IMG/VR virus record: IMGVR_UViG_3300032285_001177 | DNA from: a virus | Length of the DNA: 64,000 bases | Strand: one strand, 5' to 3' | Shown: positions 21,096-30,389 of the stretch, piece after piece | How positions within the stretch are numbered: the stretch's first letter is position 1 | How the letters are laid out: the number at the start of each line of letters is the position of its first letter | Program-made: the position numbers and the translations under genes | Notes under the pieces: generated by a model | What the model saw: the letters and a program-made list of their open reading frames with translations, nothing else | The model's database searches: none | Told to the model about the DNA's origin: nothing

Positions 21096-22006
21096 TAGCC
21101 CTCGTCTGCAATCTTTTGGAAGAATGACATTACGTCGTCATCATCGTCATTGATCTCAGGTGCTTTCGCTGCTGGTGTAGGAGCTGGAGCTGAGGCGAAT
21201 GTTGGTGGTGGAGCTACAGGTAACGGCTCACTTGTAAGCTGTTCTGCTGTAGGAACTTGACCATCACCACTCAATACTGAATCAAGTTTAGCTTTAAGTT
21301 CTTCGTATGACTTGAAGTTCTTAGCTTCAAGGAACTCTGCTAATTTAACTTGCTTGTTAGCAATAGCAAGAATAGCTTCATCACTTGGTGCTACTGGACT
21401 TGGTTCAGCGAATGCTGATTGGTCATAGTTAGGGTAACCTTCAACCGTACGCATACGGATCTTGAAGTTTGCACCTTCCCATAGATCAAACACATTAACT
21501 GGTTTCTCATCTTCAAATGTAGGGCGAGCCTTATTCATGATCATATCAAAGATCTTTTTACCATACTTGAATAGCATTACTTTGCCTTCATTTTCTGGAT
21601 GTTTAGGATCTGATACGACTAGGATGTTTGAGATGAAATGTAGTCTACGTTTTTGTTGTCTTGCGATCTCTTTGTTTGCATCTGAACCAGAGTTCCATAG
21701 TTTTGTATTGAGTTCACCTACTGGATCGTTCTGACCCAATGTTGTAAGAGAGTTCTCAATGTACCATTTACCTGTTGGTCCTTTGAAGCCATGAGAGAAG
21801 ATCTTTACCCATGGAAGTTCATCACCTTCTACACGTGGTAGGAAGCGAATGACTGCTGTTGCATTACCAGCTTTATCACGTTCCATCTTCCAGAAACGGT
21901 CATCTTCGTATGAGTTTGATTGTTGTGGGTTTGCGACTTTTTCGAATTCTTTTGCAATTGCACCAAAGTCTTGATTGCGCGAAGCGCGGAGTGAATTAAT
22001 GTCCAT
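21095..22006 (-). CDS. gp32: ssDNA-binding protein gp32
   Basis: DDRFWK...AVIRFLP...WYIENSLTTLG...YGKKIFD, with acidic tail. Confidence 0.96.
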   Translation of the reverse strand: MDINSLRASRNQDFGAIAKEFEKVANPQQSNSYEDDRFWKMERDKAGNATAVIRFLPRVEGDELPWVKIFSHGFKGPTGKWYIENSLTTLGQNDPVGELNTKLWNSGSDANKEIARQQKRRLHFISNILVVSDPKHPENEGKVMLFKYGKKIFDMIMNKARPTFEDEKPVNVFDLWEGANFKIRMRTVEGYPNYDQSAFAEPSPVAPSDEAILAIANKQVKLAEFLEAKNFKSYEELKAKLDSVLSGDGQVPTAEQLTSEPLPVAPPPTFASAPAPTPAAKAPEINDDDDDVMSFFQKIADEG

Positions 22007-22065
22007 CGTATTTTCCTTATATTTTTAGTATTAAATGTGTATAGAGTATAACTTCTACTCACTTT

Positions 22066-22073
22066 TATTTATA
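22066..22073 (-). promoter_or_regulatory. T4-type late promoter TATAAATA upstream of gp32
   Basis: Exact consensus, intergenic. Confidence 0.7.
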
Positions 22074-22082
22074 CATCCCACA

Positions 22083-22688
22083 TTAGAAGATTGTAATAAA
22101 TTCGTTAAAAATTGGTTTAATTCTTTCTGGTTCATACTTAACAAAACCTTTAACCTTTTCTATCTTACGGATATCTGCTTCTAGTATAAGCATTGCAGAC
22201 TTGTTTTGTTTCCACTTTGGTATGAAGGCAAGCAAGTCATTAAGTATTGATACTGACTCGATGCTTATCTTTTTACCGAGGTATAGTTTAATTATACTCG
22301 GATATTCATTTAAAGTAAAATTAATTATCTGATCCAATGATAATACATTCTTTTGGGATTCAAGCTCGATAGTATTAAGATCATCCTTGAATATACGTGT
22401 TATGCTTTGCTTACGCTTCTGCCATTCCAAGTAATACTCATTGGCTTCCTCTACAGCAAATATCATGTTATCATGACCATAAGCAAAGTTTGCAACGAGG
22501 AACTGGATCAACTCTTTATCAGAGTCAAACTTCCTAGCTAGCTTCTCAAATATATGCCTATCATTACGAGAGTTAAAGTTTTCGTACGAGTACTTAACGT
22601 TACCTCTGTTCTCAAATACATTAAACTTATCGTTATTGAAATGCAGCTTTAAGGCTAGATAGTATCTAAATGCCTTAAACCCTGTCAT
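22083..22688 (-). CDS. gp59: Helicase loader gp59
   Basis: YLALKLHF...RNDRHIFEKLARK...FLVANF; lies between gp33 and gp32. Confidence 0.9.
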   Translation of the reverse strand: MTGFKAFRYYLALKLHFNNDKFNVFENRGNVKYSYENFNSRNDRHIFEKLARKFDSDKELIQFLVANFAYGHDNMIFAVEEANEYYLEWQKRKQSITRIFKDDLNTIELESQKNVLSLDQIINFTLNEYPSIIKLYLGKKISIESVSILNDLLAFIPKWKQNKSAMLILEADIRKIEKVKGFVKYEPERIKPIFNEFITIF

Positions 22689-22912
22689 ATATCAAGCGTC
22701 CCTCGTTTTGGTAGGTAGTTGTTCTCAATCATATTAAGTTCGATCTTTTGTTTTAAGTTCTTATTGATTAACTTTGATATGTCCTCAGGATCTATAAAGT
22801 TCTTTTCACAGTATAGTAACACTGCATCCATATGGCTGATACGCTTCTCTACTACTAAGCTTTCAATGAATAATGCAAACTCATTGGTAGTCTTAAATAT
22901 CTTGCCTTCCAT
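22685..22912 (-). CDS. gp33: Late transcription coactivator gp33
   Basis: FALFIESLV...MDAVLLYCEKN.IDPE...LKQKIE; gene order. Confidence 0.88.
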   Translation of the reverse strand: MEGKIFKTTNEFALFIESLVVEKRISHMDAVLLYCEKNFIDPEDISKLINKNLKQKIELNMIENNYLPKRGTLDI

Positions 22913-23175
22913 TATAACATACCTAAATAATAGTTTGCAAGCTTTAAGTTTGATTTGGTTTCAGAGTATTGTTCGAGGTAATCATTATAAGCTTTCCACT
23001 CTGGAGTCTTTTGATTGGGTGCAGCATTTAACTTGTCATCAAACATCTCAAGGTACTCTTCAAAGAATACGTCGAATTCCTTGATTTGTTTGGTTAAGTT
23101 TTCTTTGATTGTTTCTAGGCCTTGTTTATCATGGCGACTATATTGATTCACGATTACTTGATTCATATTCATCAC
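22912..23175 (-). CDS. Hypothetical protein
   Basis: Helical ORF with an RBS, downstream of a promoter; exact start uncertain. Confidence 0.55.
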   Translation of the reverse strand: MMNMNQVIVNQYSRHDKQGLETIKENLTKQIKEFDVFFEEYLEMFDDKLNAAPNQKTPEWKAYNDYLEQYSETKSNLKLANYYLGML

Positions 23176-23197
23176 ATCTTCCTTGGTTTAAAATTAT

Positions 23198-23226
23198 ATT
23201 ATACCACACATATCAATTAATGTACA
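23198..23226 (-). promoter_or_regulatory. Phage promoter TGTACA-TTAA-N13-TATAAT
   Basis: One of ten copies, all with a 17-nt spacer. Confidence 0.8.
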
Positions 23227-23229
23227 CAA

Positions 23230-23916
23230 CTAATCGATAGCGCCGTCTTCAACTTTAACTTTAATCTTAGGTTGTTTCTTAACCGGCTTTGGTGGCTCCA
23301 CGATCTCGTTCTTCTTTTCAAGCAGCTTCTTCTCCTGCTGATCTACAGCAAGGAAACGCTTAACTAAACGTGGTTTGATCTCTTCTGCATTGAACCATAA
23401 TTCTATACCATTAAGGACCTTATCAAGTTCAGTTCTAGATAAGAACCCTTCGTATGCATCTAATAGAAGCTTCTCACACTGTTTGACTGTAAAGTCTGTA
23501 TGTGCCTTGACTGTTGGTGTGTTACCAGCAGATCCAAATGAGGCTGTATGGATCATGATGTATGCTGTATCATAAACATGGACAGCATGGCAATACATGG
23601 CAATAAGAGAGGCAGCAGAGTGACATGCACCCATAAGGAATGCAGTCACCTCTGCCTGAGATGAGAGGATGGCAGATATGATGGCACCAGCAGTATCGAG
23701 GTTACCACCTGGTGAATTTATAAACAGGTGGACTCGGTCGTTCTCTGATGCATTAACTAGTAAAGAGATTAGTTCTCTATACTTGCCAGGCTCCTCTATC
23801 TCTTGATCGAGGAATACTTCATGAGTTCTAGCTACAGACTCAATCGTGTTAATATGTACATTGTTAAGCAGTCCACTAAAGATATTAGATGGATTTTCAT
23901 TTGCAAGTTGTGTCAC
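23230..23916 (-). CDS. ClpP-like serine protease
   Basis: LFINSPGG, ACHSAAS (catalytic Ser), IMIH (His), WFNAEE. Confidence 0.85.
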   Translation of the reverse strand: MTQLANENPSNIFSGLLNNVHINTIESVARTHEVFLDQEIEEPGKYRELISLLVNASENDRVHLFINSPGGNLDTAGAIISAILSSQAEVTAFLMGACHSAASLIAMYCHAVHVYDTAYIMIHTASFGSAGNTPTVKAHTDFTVKQCEKLLLDAYEGFLSRTELDKVLNGIELWFNAEEIKPRLVKRFLAVDQQEKKLLEKKNEIVEPPKPVKKQPKIKVKVEDGAID

Positions 23917-24443
23917 GACTGAGCCTTCTTTCTTTTATAAAATATATGGTTGCCAATTACTGTAGTTACCTTGACATTGTTCCATCCAGGTTTTACATCT
24001 TTTGTGTGGAAGAACAATGCACCTTTTGTCACATCTTCAATATGCTCATAGTTCATGTAAGCATATAGTGCTACAGCTCGCGCATGATCGAATACTTCTC
24101 TCTCATGCCTTGAATATGTATGTGCCATAGCTTTAGCTCTTTTATCTGCATCACACCACCAAGAAAATTGACATACTTGTGCGGCCTGTTGCATCATGGT
24201 GCCGCATATAGTCGTTGGGTATTTTCCCGAGTAAACACGATTAAGTGTTACCATTGCTACAGCGATCTGACCTTTGGTTGGTTCGTATCCAGCTTCGTAG
24301 TATACGTTTTGTGCTAGACATTCTACTTGTTTCTTTTCTGACTTAGTCAGAACTTTTATCTTTTCATATAGTGTTTGTGGTTGTGCTGTGTTGTAACACA
24401 ACAGGTAACACGTAGCCAATATTGCGGCGAAAGTCTTTCTCAT
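23913..24443 (-). CDS. SleB/Hydrolase_2 cell-wall hydrolase with signal peptide
   Basis: CLAQNVYYEA...VAMVTLNRV...CQFSW...GALFFH...IGNHIFY. Confidence 0.9.
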   Translation of the reverse strand: MRKTFAAILATCYLLCYNTAQPQTLYEKIKVLTKSEKKQVECLAQNVYYEAGYEPTKGQIAVAMVTLNRVYSGKYPTTICGTMMQQAAQVCQFSWWCDADKRAKAMAHTYSRHEREVFDHARAVALYAYMNYEHIEDVTKGALFFHTKDVKPGWNNVKVTTVIGNHIFYKRKKAQS

Positions 24444-24493
24444 GGGGATATTCTCCTTACGATTGGTACTTAGCTTTTTATGCGCTTAGTATT

Positions 24494-24522
24494 ATTATAC
24501 TTTAGTTGTCAATTAAAGTAAA
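24494..24522 (-). promoter_or_regulatory. Phage promoter TTTACT-TTAA-N13-TATAAT
   Basis: Repeated motif with 17-nt spacer. Confidence 0.75.
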
Positions 24523-25163
24523 TTTAATTTTTTAAATTGTTGACGAAGATCAACTAGATTAAGAATGAAGCCCTTACGCTTCTGTTTGAAGATTTGAGGT
24601 TTTGCATCGTCTACTCCTATGATTATCGTTAAGTCTGGAACTTTAATACCTGTAAGTTCTTCGAACATAACTGAATAAGCAGTTGCCTGAATAAAATAAT
24701 TATCTATACTACCAATATCTTTGGGTCTTTTGGATGTCTTAAAGTCAATGACACTAAGTTGTCCATCAAACTCTCCGATACAGTCAACGGTTCCTGCTAA
24801 TTGTAGTTTATCGGAATATAGCTTGCTTTCTAAAGCATGTATATTGTCTATCTTATCCACGACTGGTTTTAAATCATTCCACATCTCAACATCGAACATG
24901 TCGGGTTGGACGGGATTGCCTAAAAGAAAGTCTTCACATAGTCCGTGGATACGAGTACCGCGACCGGAAGCCAGTGTTGATACTCTATTTGCCTCTTCCT
25001 CACCCACTCGCTTACGCCATTCGGTGATGAATTGTTTATTTAAGAGGCCTGTTACTTGTGTTACACTAGGATATTTATCTCCAGAAGGGGTTTGATATAC
25101 GCGCCCCTGATCTGAATCTATCCGCTGTAACACTGGAAACTCATGATGTATAAAGTTCTTCAA
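24513..25163 (-). CDS. PD-(D/E)xK exonuclease (Cas4/RecB-like)
   Basis: YPSVT...RGTRIH...AGTVDCI...IDFKTS...QATAY. Confidence 0.88.
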   Translation of the reverse strand: MKNFIHHEFPVLQRIDSDQGRVYQTPSGDKYPSVTQVTGLLNKQFITEWRKRVGEEEANRVSTLASGRGTRIHGLCEDFLLGNPVQPDMFDVEMWNDLKPVVDKIDNIHALESKLYSDKLQLAGTVDCIGEFDGQLSVIDFKTSKRPKDIGSIDNYFIQATAYSVMFEELTGIKVPDLTIIIGVDDAKPQIFKQKRKGFILNLVDLRQQFKKLNLL

Positions 25164-25400
25164 TTATTTTTTATCTGCGTATTTCGCTTTAAGTGTAGGT
25201 TTCTTTTTATGTTCTTTTTTAACTTCAACTGGCTTAGCCGCTTCTTTCTTAACTGGTTTAGCTGCAGGTTTTACTGCTTTAACTTCAACTTGTTTTGCTT
25301 TGATTGGTTCTGCTGCACATACGTAGATCGTATAGCTTAATAAACCAAATGCGATAGCGATCGCTGATAATTCTTTTTTATAATGATTTAACACTTCCAT
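25164..25400 (-). CDS. Small membrane-anchored or exported Lys/Ala/Pro-rich protein
   Basis: Hydrophobic segment followed by a KPAAKPVKKEAAKP-type tail; AGGAG near the start (ATG 25400 or GTG 25394). Confidence 0.55.
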   Translation of the reverse strand: MEVLNHYKKELSAIAIAFGLLSYTIYVCAAEPIKAKQVEVKAVKPAAKPVKKEAAKPVEVKKEHKKKPTLKAKYADKK

Positions 25401-25908
25401 CTCCTTTAATAAAATTAAATGATACATTAGGGTTACCTTCAATCATCCTAGTAAATTCAAGTCTCCAATCCGGAGTCATGTTCATACCTTCATGATCTTT
25501 AAAATTTCGGGTATAACTTTTATCATGCGTATTATTCATCGTGTTATTACAGGTGAACGCATCAGCACCGTATATATCTATATCCTTGTAGCCAAGCTCA
25601 ACAGCTTTTAGGCATGCTACATTACCGCTTGATCTTCCTTTTCTAGTATAATTAATTATACCTAAAGACAAATCTTGAACCTCTCGCTTTACTTCTGGTG
25701 AGATAGCTTCCCAAGCATCTTTACCGAAGTATATATCACAGTCTATTAAGCTGCGATCCTTTGCTATCATCTCGACCATACCTGGATCGAGAATCACAGT
25801 GCAGTCAACCTTTGTCCATGGGATATTGCAACCTATGCGGTATGCATATTCTTTATTGGGATCATAGGCTGACCGACTGGGACCGTTACATAATACTGCG
25901 ACTTTCAT
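25378..25908 (-). CDS. Hypothetical protein with NGPS motif (Maf/sialyltransferase-like fold possible)
   Basis: VAVLCNGPS...SSGNVA...LGYKDIDIYGAD. Confidence 0.5.
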   Translation of the reverse strand: MKVAVLCNGPSRSAYDPNKEYAYRIGCNIPWTKVDCTVILDPGMVEMIAKDRSLIDCDIYFGKDAWEAISPEVKREVQDLSLGIINYTRKGRSSGNVACLKAVELGYKDIDIYGADAFTCNNTMNNTHDKSYTRNFKDHEGMNMTPDWRLEFTRMIEGNPNVSFNFIKGDGSVKSL

Positions 25909-25913
25909 AATAC

Positions 25914-25942
25914 ATTATACCACAAGTACTATTTAAAGTACA
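25914..25942 (-). promoter_or_regulatory. Phage promoter TGTACT-TTAA-N13-TATAAT (leaderless)
   Basis: Repeated motif; ATG 6 nt past the -10 element. Confidence 0.8.
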
Positions 25943-25944
25943 TG

Positions 25945-26586
25945 CTAGGCAGATAATACGTGAATGGCATGGTCATAGTGTTTGATACGGTCTTCTAAAC
26001 CAATGTATCCACCATTGATAACCTTTGTCATTCCCTTAATATCGCCCGAGTCAGCATACTTGTTTAGGTTATTTTTATTCCAAAACCAGAGTGCTGAGTA
26101 TAATGATGTAGGTACGTCATCAGTCACGAGATCAGGGTCGTCCATCACTGTCTCAGGATCTTCAAAGAAGTCTGAGGCAAAAGCGTGATAATTGGCCTTA
26201 CCTGTTAGTTGAATTGGACCACGCCCTCTGTACTTGTAACCTTCACCGCTTGCTGTATCTCCGTTACCCATACGATTAGCATAGATTACATTTGCAATCA
26301 TTTCAGGTTTACGGTGATATGGCGCTGCGTCCCTACCAGCTTTAATAAAGTATTTTCCGAATAGCTTATTAAGAGCATCAGCAGAGTAGTTTAAGTTTTC
26401 AGATAGGACCGTGAAGTCAGCTGATTCATGTGCACACTGAGCAACAAATGCAGCAACACGCTGAGGAGTAGTTACATCAAACTGAGGTAACTGTGTCTTC
26501 ATTGCTTCATACCACTCGTGTACGTTCTTATTACGAGTAATAATAGCTGCTAGTTTTTGTTCAGTAAAATCGAATTCGAAGCTCAT
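25945..26586 (-). CDS. Glycoside hydrolase family 19 endolysin
   Basis: AAFVAQCAHES...ENLNYSA...YRGRGPIQLTGKANY...SALWFW...INGG..GLEDR. Confidence 0.92.
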   Translation of the reverse strand: MSFEFDFTEQKLAAIITRNKNVHEWYEAMKTQLPQFDVTTPQRVAAFVAQCAHESADFTVLSENLNYSADALNKLFGKYFIKAGRDAAPYHRKPEMIANVIYANRMGNGDTASGEGYKYRGRGPIQLTGKANYHAFASDFFEDPETVMDDPDLVTDDVPTSLYSALWFWNKNNLNKYADSGDIKGMTKVINGGYIGLEDRIKHYDHAIHVLSA

Positions 26587-26729
26587 TATTTTTTCGCCAC
26601 TAATCCAGCTACTTTAGCCCATACTTCTTTTGCTAAAGCTACTGCCTTGTCAACGATTAAAGTTGCATATTGTGGGTACTTAGCGCCTAAATGTGCGCCT
26701 ACTAAAAATACAATAATGTTTGTTAACAT
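26586..26729 (-). CDS. 47-aa hydrophobic/amphipathic protein (holin-like candidate)
   Basis: Not in the ORF track: MLTNIIVFLVGAHLGAKYPQYATLIVDKAVALAKEVWAKVAGLVAKK. Has an AGGAG RBS; its stop overlaps the endolysin ATG. Confidence 0.65.
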   Translation of the reverse strand: MLTNIIVFLVGAHLGAKYPQYATLIVDKAVALAKEVWAKVAGLVAKK

Positions 26730-26739
26730 GTGTTTCTCC

Positions 26740-26862
26740 TTAAGTTTTGTATGGAACTTGACGACCCTTACTGTAACGAATTCTTACAGTCTTGATCTTA
26801 CCGTTCTTTAACTTCTTCATCCTGAAAGATCTTGTTTTTATTGCTTTGATCCTTGCAGCCAT
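26740..26862 (-). CDS. 40-aa highly basic peptide
   Basis: Not in the ORF track: MAARIKAIKTRSFRMKKLKNGKIKTVRIRYSKGRQVPYKT, with a strong AGGAGG RBS. Confidence 0.65.
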   Translation of the reverse strand: MAARIKAIKTRSFRMKKLKNGKIKTVRIRYSKGRQVPYKT

Positions 26863-26871
26863 AATAACCTC

Positions 26872-27120
26872 CTAAAAGTGACTACTAGTTTTGTCAAGTT
26901 TACTGCCCGCAGTTTTCTCATGTACTCGCTGTAGCACTTCTTTGAACCCTTGATCTGGCTTAACTAAACCTAATCGATAGGGATCAATTAATGGAGCCAT
27001 TCCAGTAATTAATGGCTCAATGTTTGGATTTTCTTTTAAGTATTCAGCCTTAGCTGCAATACTCATAACCTTCTCAAATACCTCACCGGTATCTTTGTTT
27101 CTAAAATCATAGATTGGCAT
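26872..27120 (-). CDS. FmdB-like small regulator
   Basis: MPIYDFRNKDTGEVFEK...GFKEVL, typical of T4-like phages. Confidence 0.7.
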   Translation of the reverse strand: MPIYDFRNKDTGEVFEKVMSIAAKAEYLKENPNIEPLITGMAPLIDPYRLGLVKPDQGFKEVLQRVHEKTAGSKLDKTSSHF

Positions 27121-27138
27121 GTCGTTTCCTCTGTCTTT

Positions 27139-27146
27139 TATTTATA
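27139..27146 (-). promoter_or_regulatory. T4-type late promoter TATAAATA (FmdB-like to endolysin unit)
   Basis: Exact consensus, intergenic. Confidence 0.75.
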
Positions 27147-27692
27147 CTATTTTTTATTAAAAAACATCGCCAAGGAGAATCTATAATGTGGAGCAGATGT
27201 TGATTGTACGGTGATAGAATGCGGTATCTCACCATCAAAAATGATTAATCTTCTTGGTTTATATACAGATGCATAGATTATTTCATTTAATTCTTCATTA
27301 TAAAAGTGTGTTGAACCCGCCCATTCAGGCTGCCATCTTATATTTACATAGTATAACACAGCTATTTGGTCTTTATGTGTATGGAAATAGTTCTGATCTG
27401 ATGGCACTGATAGGTTTACAGATGTCCTAACTAATTCAAGATCTTTATACTGTTGCCATACATCTAACTTATTTAGTTCTTCTAATATACCAATATGATT
27501 AACATCAGCTTCGTTATATTCAGATGTTAAGTATACATGTGATCGTGTATCAAGTGGTGCTGGACCATCTTGTCCACCAATCTTAAAGAATGAGTTCGAA
27601 ACAAAATGATATAAGTTCTCGTGGAATGCTTGTGTAAAAGCTTCATCGATGACATAGATCGGTCTGTTAAGGTTATCTAATATAGTTTTCAT
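27147..27692 (-). CDS. 2OG-Fe(II) oxygenase
   Basis: HKD...LYYVN..W..EWAGST.FY...IFDGEIPH...RFSLA. Confidence 0.85.
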   Translation of the reverse strand: MKTILDNLNRPIYVIDEAFTQAFHENLYHFVSNSFFKIGGQDGPAPLDTRSHVYLTSEYNEADVNHIGILEELNKLDVWQQYKDLELVRTSVNLSVPSDQNYFHTHKDQIAVLYYVNIRWQPEWAGSTHFYNEELNEIIYASVYKPRRLIIFDGEIPHSITVQSTSAPHYRFSLAMFFNKK

Positions 27693-28435
27693 TTAAAGAT
27701 CTTTCCAAATACACACTTAGCTCTACCATGATCTGTAATAAATGATCTGGTGTTTTCAAGTTCTGTTATCTTATCTGCTTGGATCTGTTCAGGTGTTGCA
27801 GCAGAAACTTTAAGTTCAGGTTGGTTCTTAGGCATCAACATATAATGTGCAAGAGGCGTGCCAGCTTTGATAAGTGTTTCACCTTCAAGTACATGCCATT
27901 TAAGTTGTATATTTAGTTGAGCCACTCCATATTCTTGTGAGAAGAAACCAGGTAACGTAGTGAATCGTTTCTCGTCTGTATATGGTAATGGTCCTTCATG
28001 TAAGTAGTATCCTTTTGGAACTATAACCCTCCATGGGGTGTTTATCTTGATGACACAACTTAATGAATCATCCCAACCATCCATGTAATCTGATAGTTGT
28101 TCTTTGCCTATGAATGATACTGCAGGCGCATCATATAAACTCTGATCTATAGCAGATCTCCATTCAAACGTATGCTTATCTCCATTTGTGGTGATGACTA
28201 TGTCTTGCCATGTAGTTAATACGTATCCATATCTAATTAGGTTGAATATACCTGGACATCTAGCAGTATGTGTTTGGCGATATTTGCCATGAGATGGATC
28301 TTTTATAGATGTAACGAGATCTTGTGTTGCATCATTAAACCACATCGGTTTAAACTGGTTAGCTGGAACTATAGGTGCCAATTTAGTTAATTCTGGCATC
28401 ACTGAAAAGAATTCTATCTTAGGCTGTTTGAACAT
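27689..28435 (-). CDS. Hypothetical protein, paralog of 29628..30362
   Basis: TARCPG...GYVLTTWQD...KINTPW...LPG...IKAGTPLAHY. Confidence 0.65.
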   Translation of the reverse strand: MFKQPKIEFFSVMPELTKLAPIVPANQFKPMWFNDATQDLVTSIKDPSHGKYRQTHTARCPGIFNLIRYGYVLTTWQDIVITTNGDKHTFEWRSAIDQSLYDAPAVSFIGKEQLSDYMDGWDDSLSCVIKINTPWRVIVPKGYYLHEGPLPYTDEKRFTTLPGFFSQEYGVAQLNIQLKWHVLEGETLIKAGTPLAHYMLMPKNQPELKVSAATPEQIQADKITELENTRSFITDHGRAKCVFGKIFK

Positions 28436-28973
28436 TTTTTATCCAATTTGGTTGATCACGTTTCTTCCATGAGAACATACGTTGCTTCTCACCATTATAA
28501 TAATTTTGATATGACATTACAGAATTTCCTGGTATCTTATATTGTTGCGGCATTGCAGGTGTTGGTTGAGTAAATTCACCATGAGGTAAATTATTAGGGA
28601 ACCATTTTAAAGATTCTACAAGACCTGAGCTCTCACATTTATGAATCTTACCATATCTATATGTATATTCTGTACATAATGCTTTAAGTAAAGTCCACAA
28701 CCAATAATAGTTTTCTCTGTTATGTCGCGCCCATACTGCGGATGGATGGTTGATATGTGTGGCACTATATAGCTTCTCATCTCTGTCATCTTCCAGCTTC
28801 CACACTTTCTTCTTACGGCCAGATAATGATAGTCCAGCTGTTTCTGTACCATCTAATATGCGGTGGGCGGTGGACAGGAGTTGACATGTCTCGAGTATCA
28901 TCTTGACACAATGCTTGTCAACGTGGTACTGAGCGGCTATTGTAGGATTATGATGTAGATAAAATATGTTCAT
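28419..28973 (-). CDS. Pyrimidine-dimer DNA glycosylase / endonuclease V-like protein
   Basis: MNIFYL...HVDKHCVKMILETCQLLSTAH...HINHPSAVW...EYTYRYGKIH. Confidence 0.8.
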   Translation of the reverse strand: MNIFYLHHNPTIAAQYHVDKHCVKMILETCQLLSTAHRILDGTETAGLSLSGRKKKVWKLEDDRDEKLYSATHINHPSAVWARHNRENYYWLWTLLKALCTEYTYRYGKIHKCESSGLVESLKWFPNNLPHGEFTQPTPAMPQQYKIPGNSVMSYQNYYNGEKQRMFSWKKRDQPNWIKNVQTA

Positions 28974-29641
28974 ATGTTCATGTATGGTAATAAGTATGGA
29001 TCTATTCTAATATCGCAAGAAACGATTATACGTTCTTTGGTTCCTTCATGTTTAACTGAATGTAAGTATGGTCCGCCATCTTTAAATGCTAAGATCTTTC
29101 CATCATACCATGTTTGTGTTTCATTTCCAACTGTTATCTGACAACCTGGATCACACGACAGCCCAAAATGTACACGCATGAACTTATCTGTCGTGCCGTC
29201 GTGGGGTCTTATTATAGAACCTGGAACCAACCTACTGATGAAACAGTTCCTAAGATTGCCATCCTTTTCTAATGGGAATATAACACTATTAAGTATAGGA
29301 CACGCCTTCTTACCAGCTTTGATAACTCTGTATAGTATATCTAGCTGAAATGGATTTGCACCGCCGTCGATGTACTCATCTTCAAAGATCGACATAGGTG
29401 CAGCTTTCCAATAGTGTGAGTATAAGTCATATGTTACTGCATTATACTTTACATTATACTTTGGATAGTTCCATAGAGCTCCAGGATTTTTAAGAAACTC
29501 TAGTACTTCAGATCTAATACCTTCAAAGTTAGCCATAAGATCTTTACATATCGGAGCATCTTTGATGATGTCATGCCAAAAGTAAGGTTCTTTTGCGTTT
29601 ACTGTAGTAGTATCTATTTTTATATTATTAGGACTTACCAA
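28970..29641 (-). CDS. Asp/Asn beta-hydroxylase-family dioxygenase 2
   Basis: FISRLVPGSIIRPHDG...RVHFGL...AFKD...HSVKH...RIIVSCD. Confidence 0.82.
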   Translation of the reverse strand: MVSPNNIKIDTTTVNAKEPYFWHDIIKDAPICKDLMANFEGIRSEVLEFLKNPGALWNYPKYNVKYNAVTYDLYSHYWKAAPMSIFEDEYIDGGANPFQLDILYRVIKAGKKACPILNSVIFPLEKDGNLRNCFISRLVPGSIIRPHDGTTDKFMRVHFGLSCDPGCQITVGNETQTWYDGKILAFKDGGPYLHSVKHEGTKERIIVSCDIRIDPYLLPYMNI

Positions 29642-30362
29642 AAGGACATTTCCCTTCTTTGCTTTGCATTATCTTTTTATTTGTATAATACTTTTTTATA
29701 AACTTACTTGTATATAACGGAGTTTCTAACTTACGATATTCCTCTTCTGATACCACATGCGTTTTAACTTCTACATCTTTATCAGTCATAGGGATAAAAT
29801 GCACCATAGGTGTACCAGCTTCTAATAACATTCTATTGTTAGTTTTAGGTAAGAATAAATTTATATTAGATCCAAAGTTATACTTATACTCTATCATTCC
29901 TGGTAATATATGATAATCGTTTAGTCTATCGATCTGGTTATAGAAGGCATTAGTCCATATAAAGTTAACACCAGATTTTTCGCTGATGATCCACGGTGAT
30001 ACTAACTTCATATGATGATATACTTTACCCATGCTACCAAGTTGCTCTTCATCATGGCTTTCAACTTTAGATGCTGCTGAGAACTCATATAACCATCTGT
30101 CTTCTGTAGTTTCTATTAATAAGTCTGCCCATAATGGGATCATGAATCCATGTGTATATAGGTTAGTAAACCCCACACATCCTTTTAATGTGGCCAGTTG
30201 TATACTTAAACCCCAGTCGTTTTTACGGTCGTAAGTTTTTGGCAAATCTTTCCACCATTGTGGATAAAATTTGCTTGATTTTTCTATCGGAAATAAATCA
30301 TTGATTGCAGGTCTAGTAGTAAAACAATCAACTACGATCTTGCTGCGTTTGAAGAAGAACAT
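29628..30362 (-). CDS. Hypothetical protein, paralog of 27689..28435
   Basis: TLKGCVG...GFMIPLWAD...KLVSPW...LPG...LEAGTPMVHF, ending KCPF. Confidence 0.65.
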   Translation of the reverse strand: MFFFKRSKIVVDCFTTRPAINDLFPIEKSSKFYPQWWKDLPKTYDRKNDWGLSIQLATLKGCVGFTNLYTHGFMIPLWADLLIETTEDRWLYEFSAASKVESHDEEQLGSMGKVYHHMKLVSPWIISEKSGVNFIWTNAFYNQIDRLNDYHILPGMIEYKYNFGSNINLFLPKTNNRMLLEAGTPMVHFIPMTDKDVEVKTHVVSEEEYRKLETPLYTSKFIKKYYTNKKIMQSKEGKCPFGKS

Positions 30363-30389
30363 TCATATCTCTCATAATTATATACCACG

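Noticed and set aside
22007-22062. gp32 autoregulatory pseudoknot
   Set aside because: An A/T-rich leader and a short GAGTA/TACTC hairpin are present, but I could not identify a second stem.
24513-25163. Cas4 as part of a CRISPR system
   Set aside because: It is a standalone PD-(D/E)xK exonuclease common in T4-like phages, with no cas genes or array nearby.
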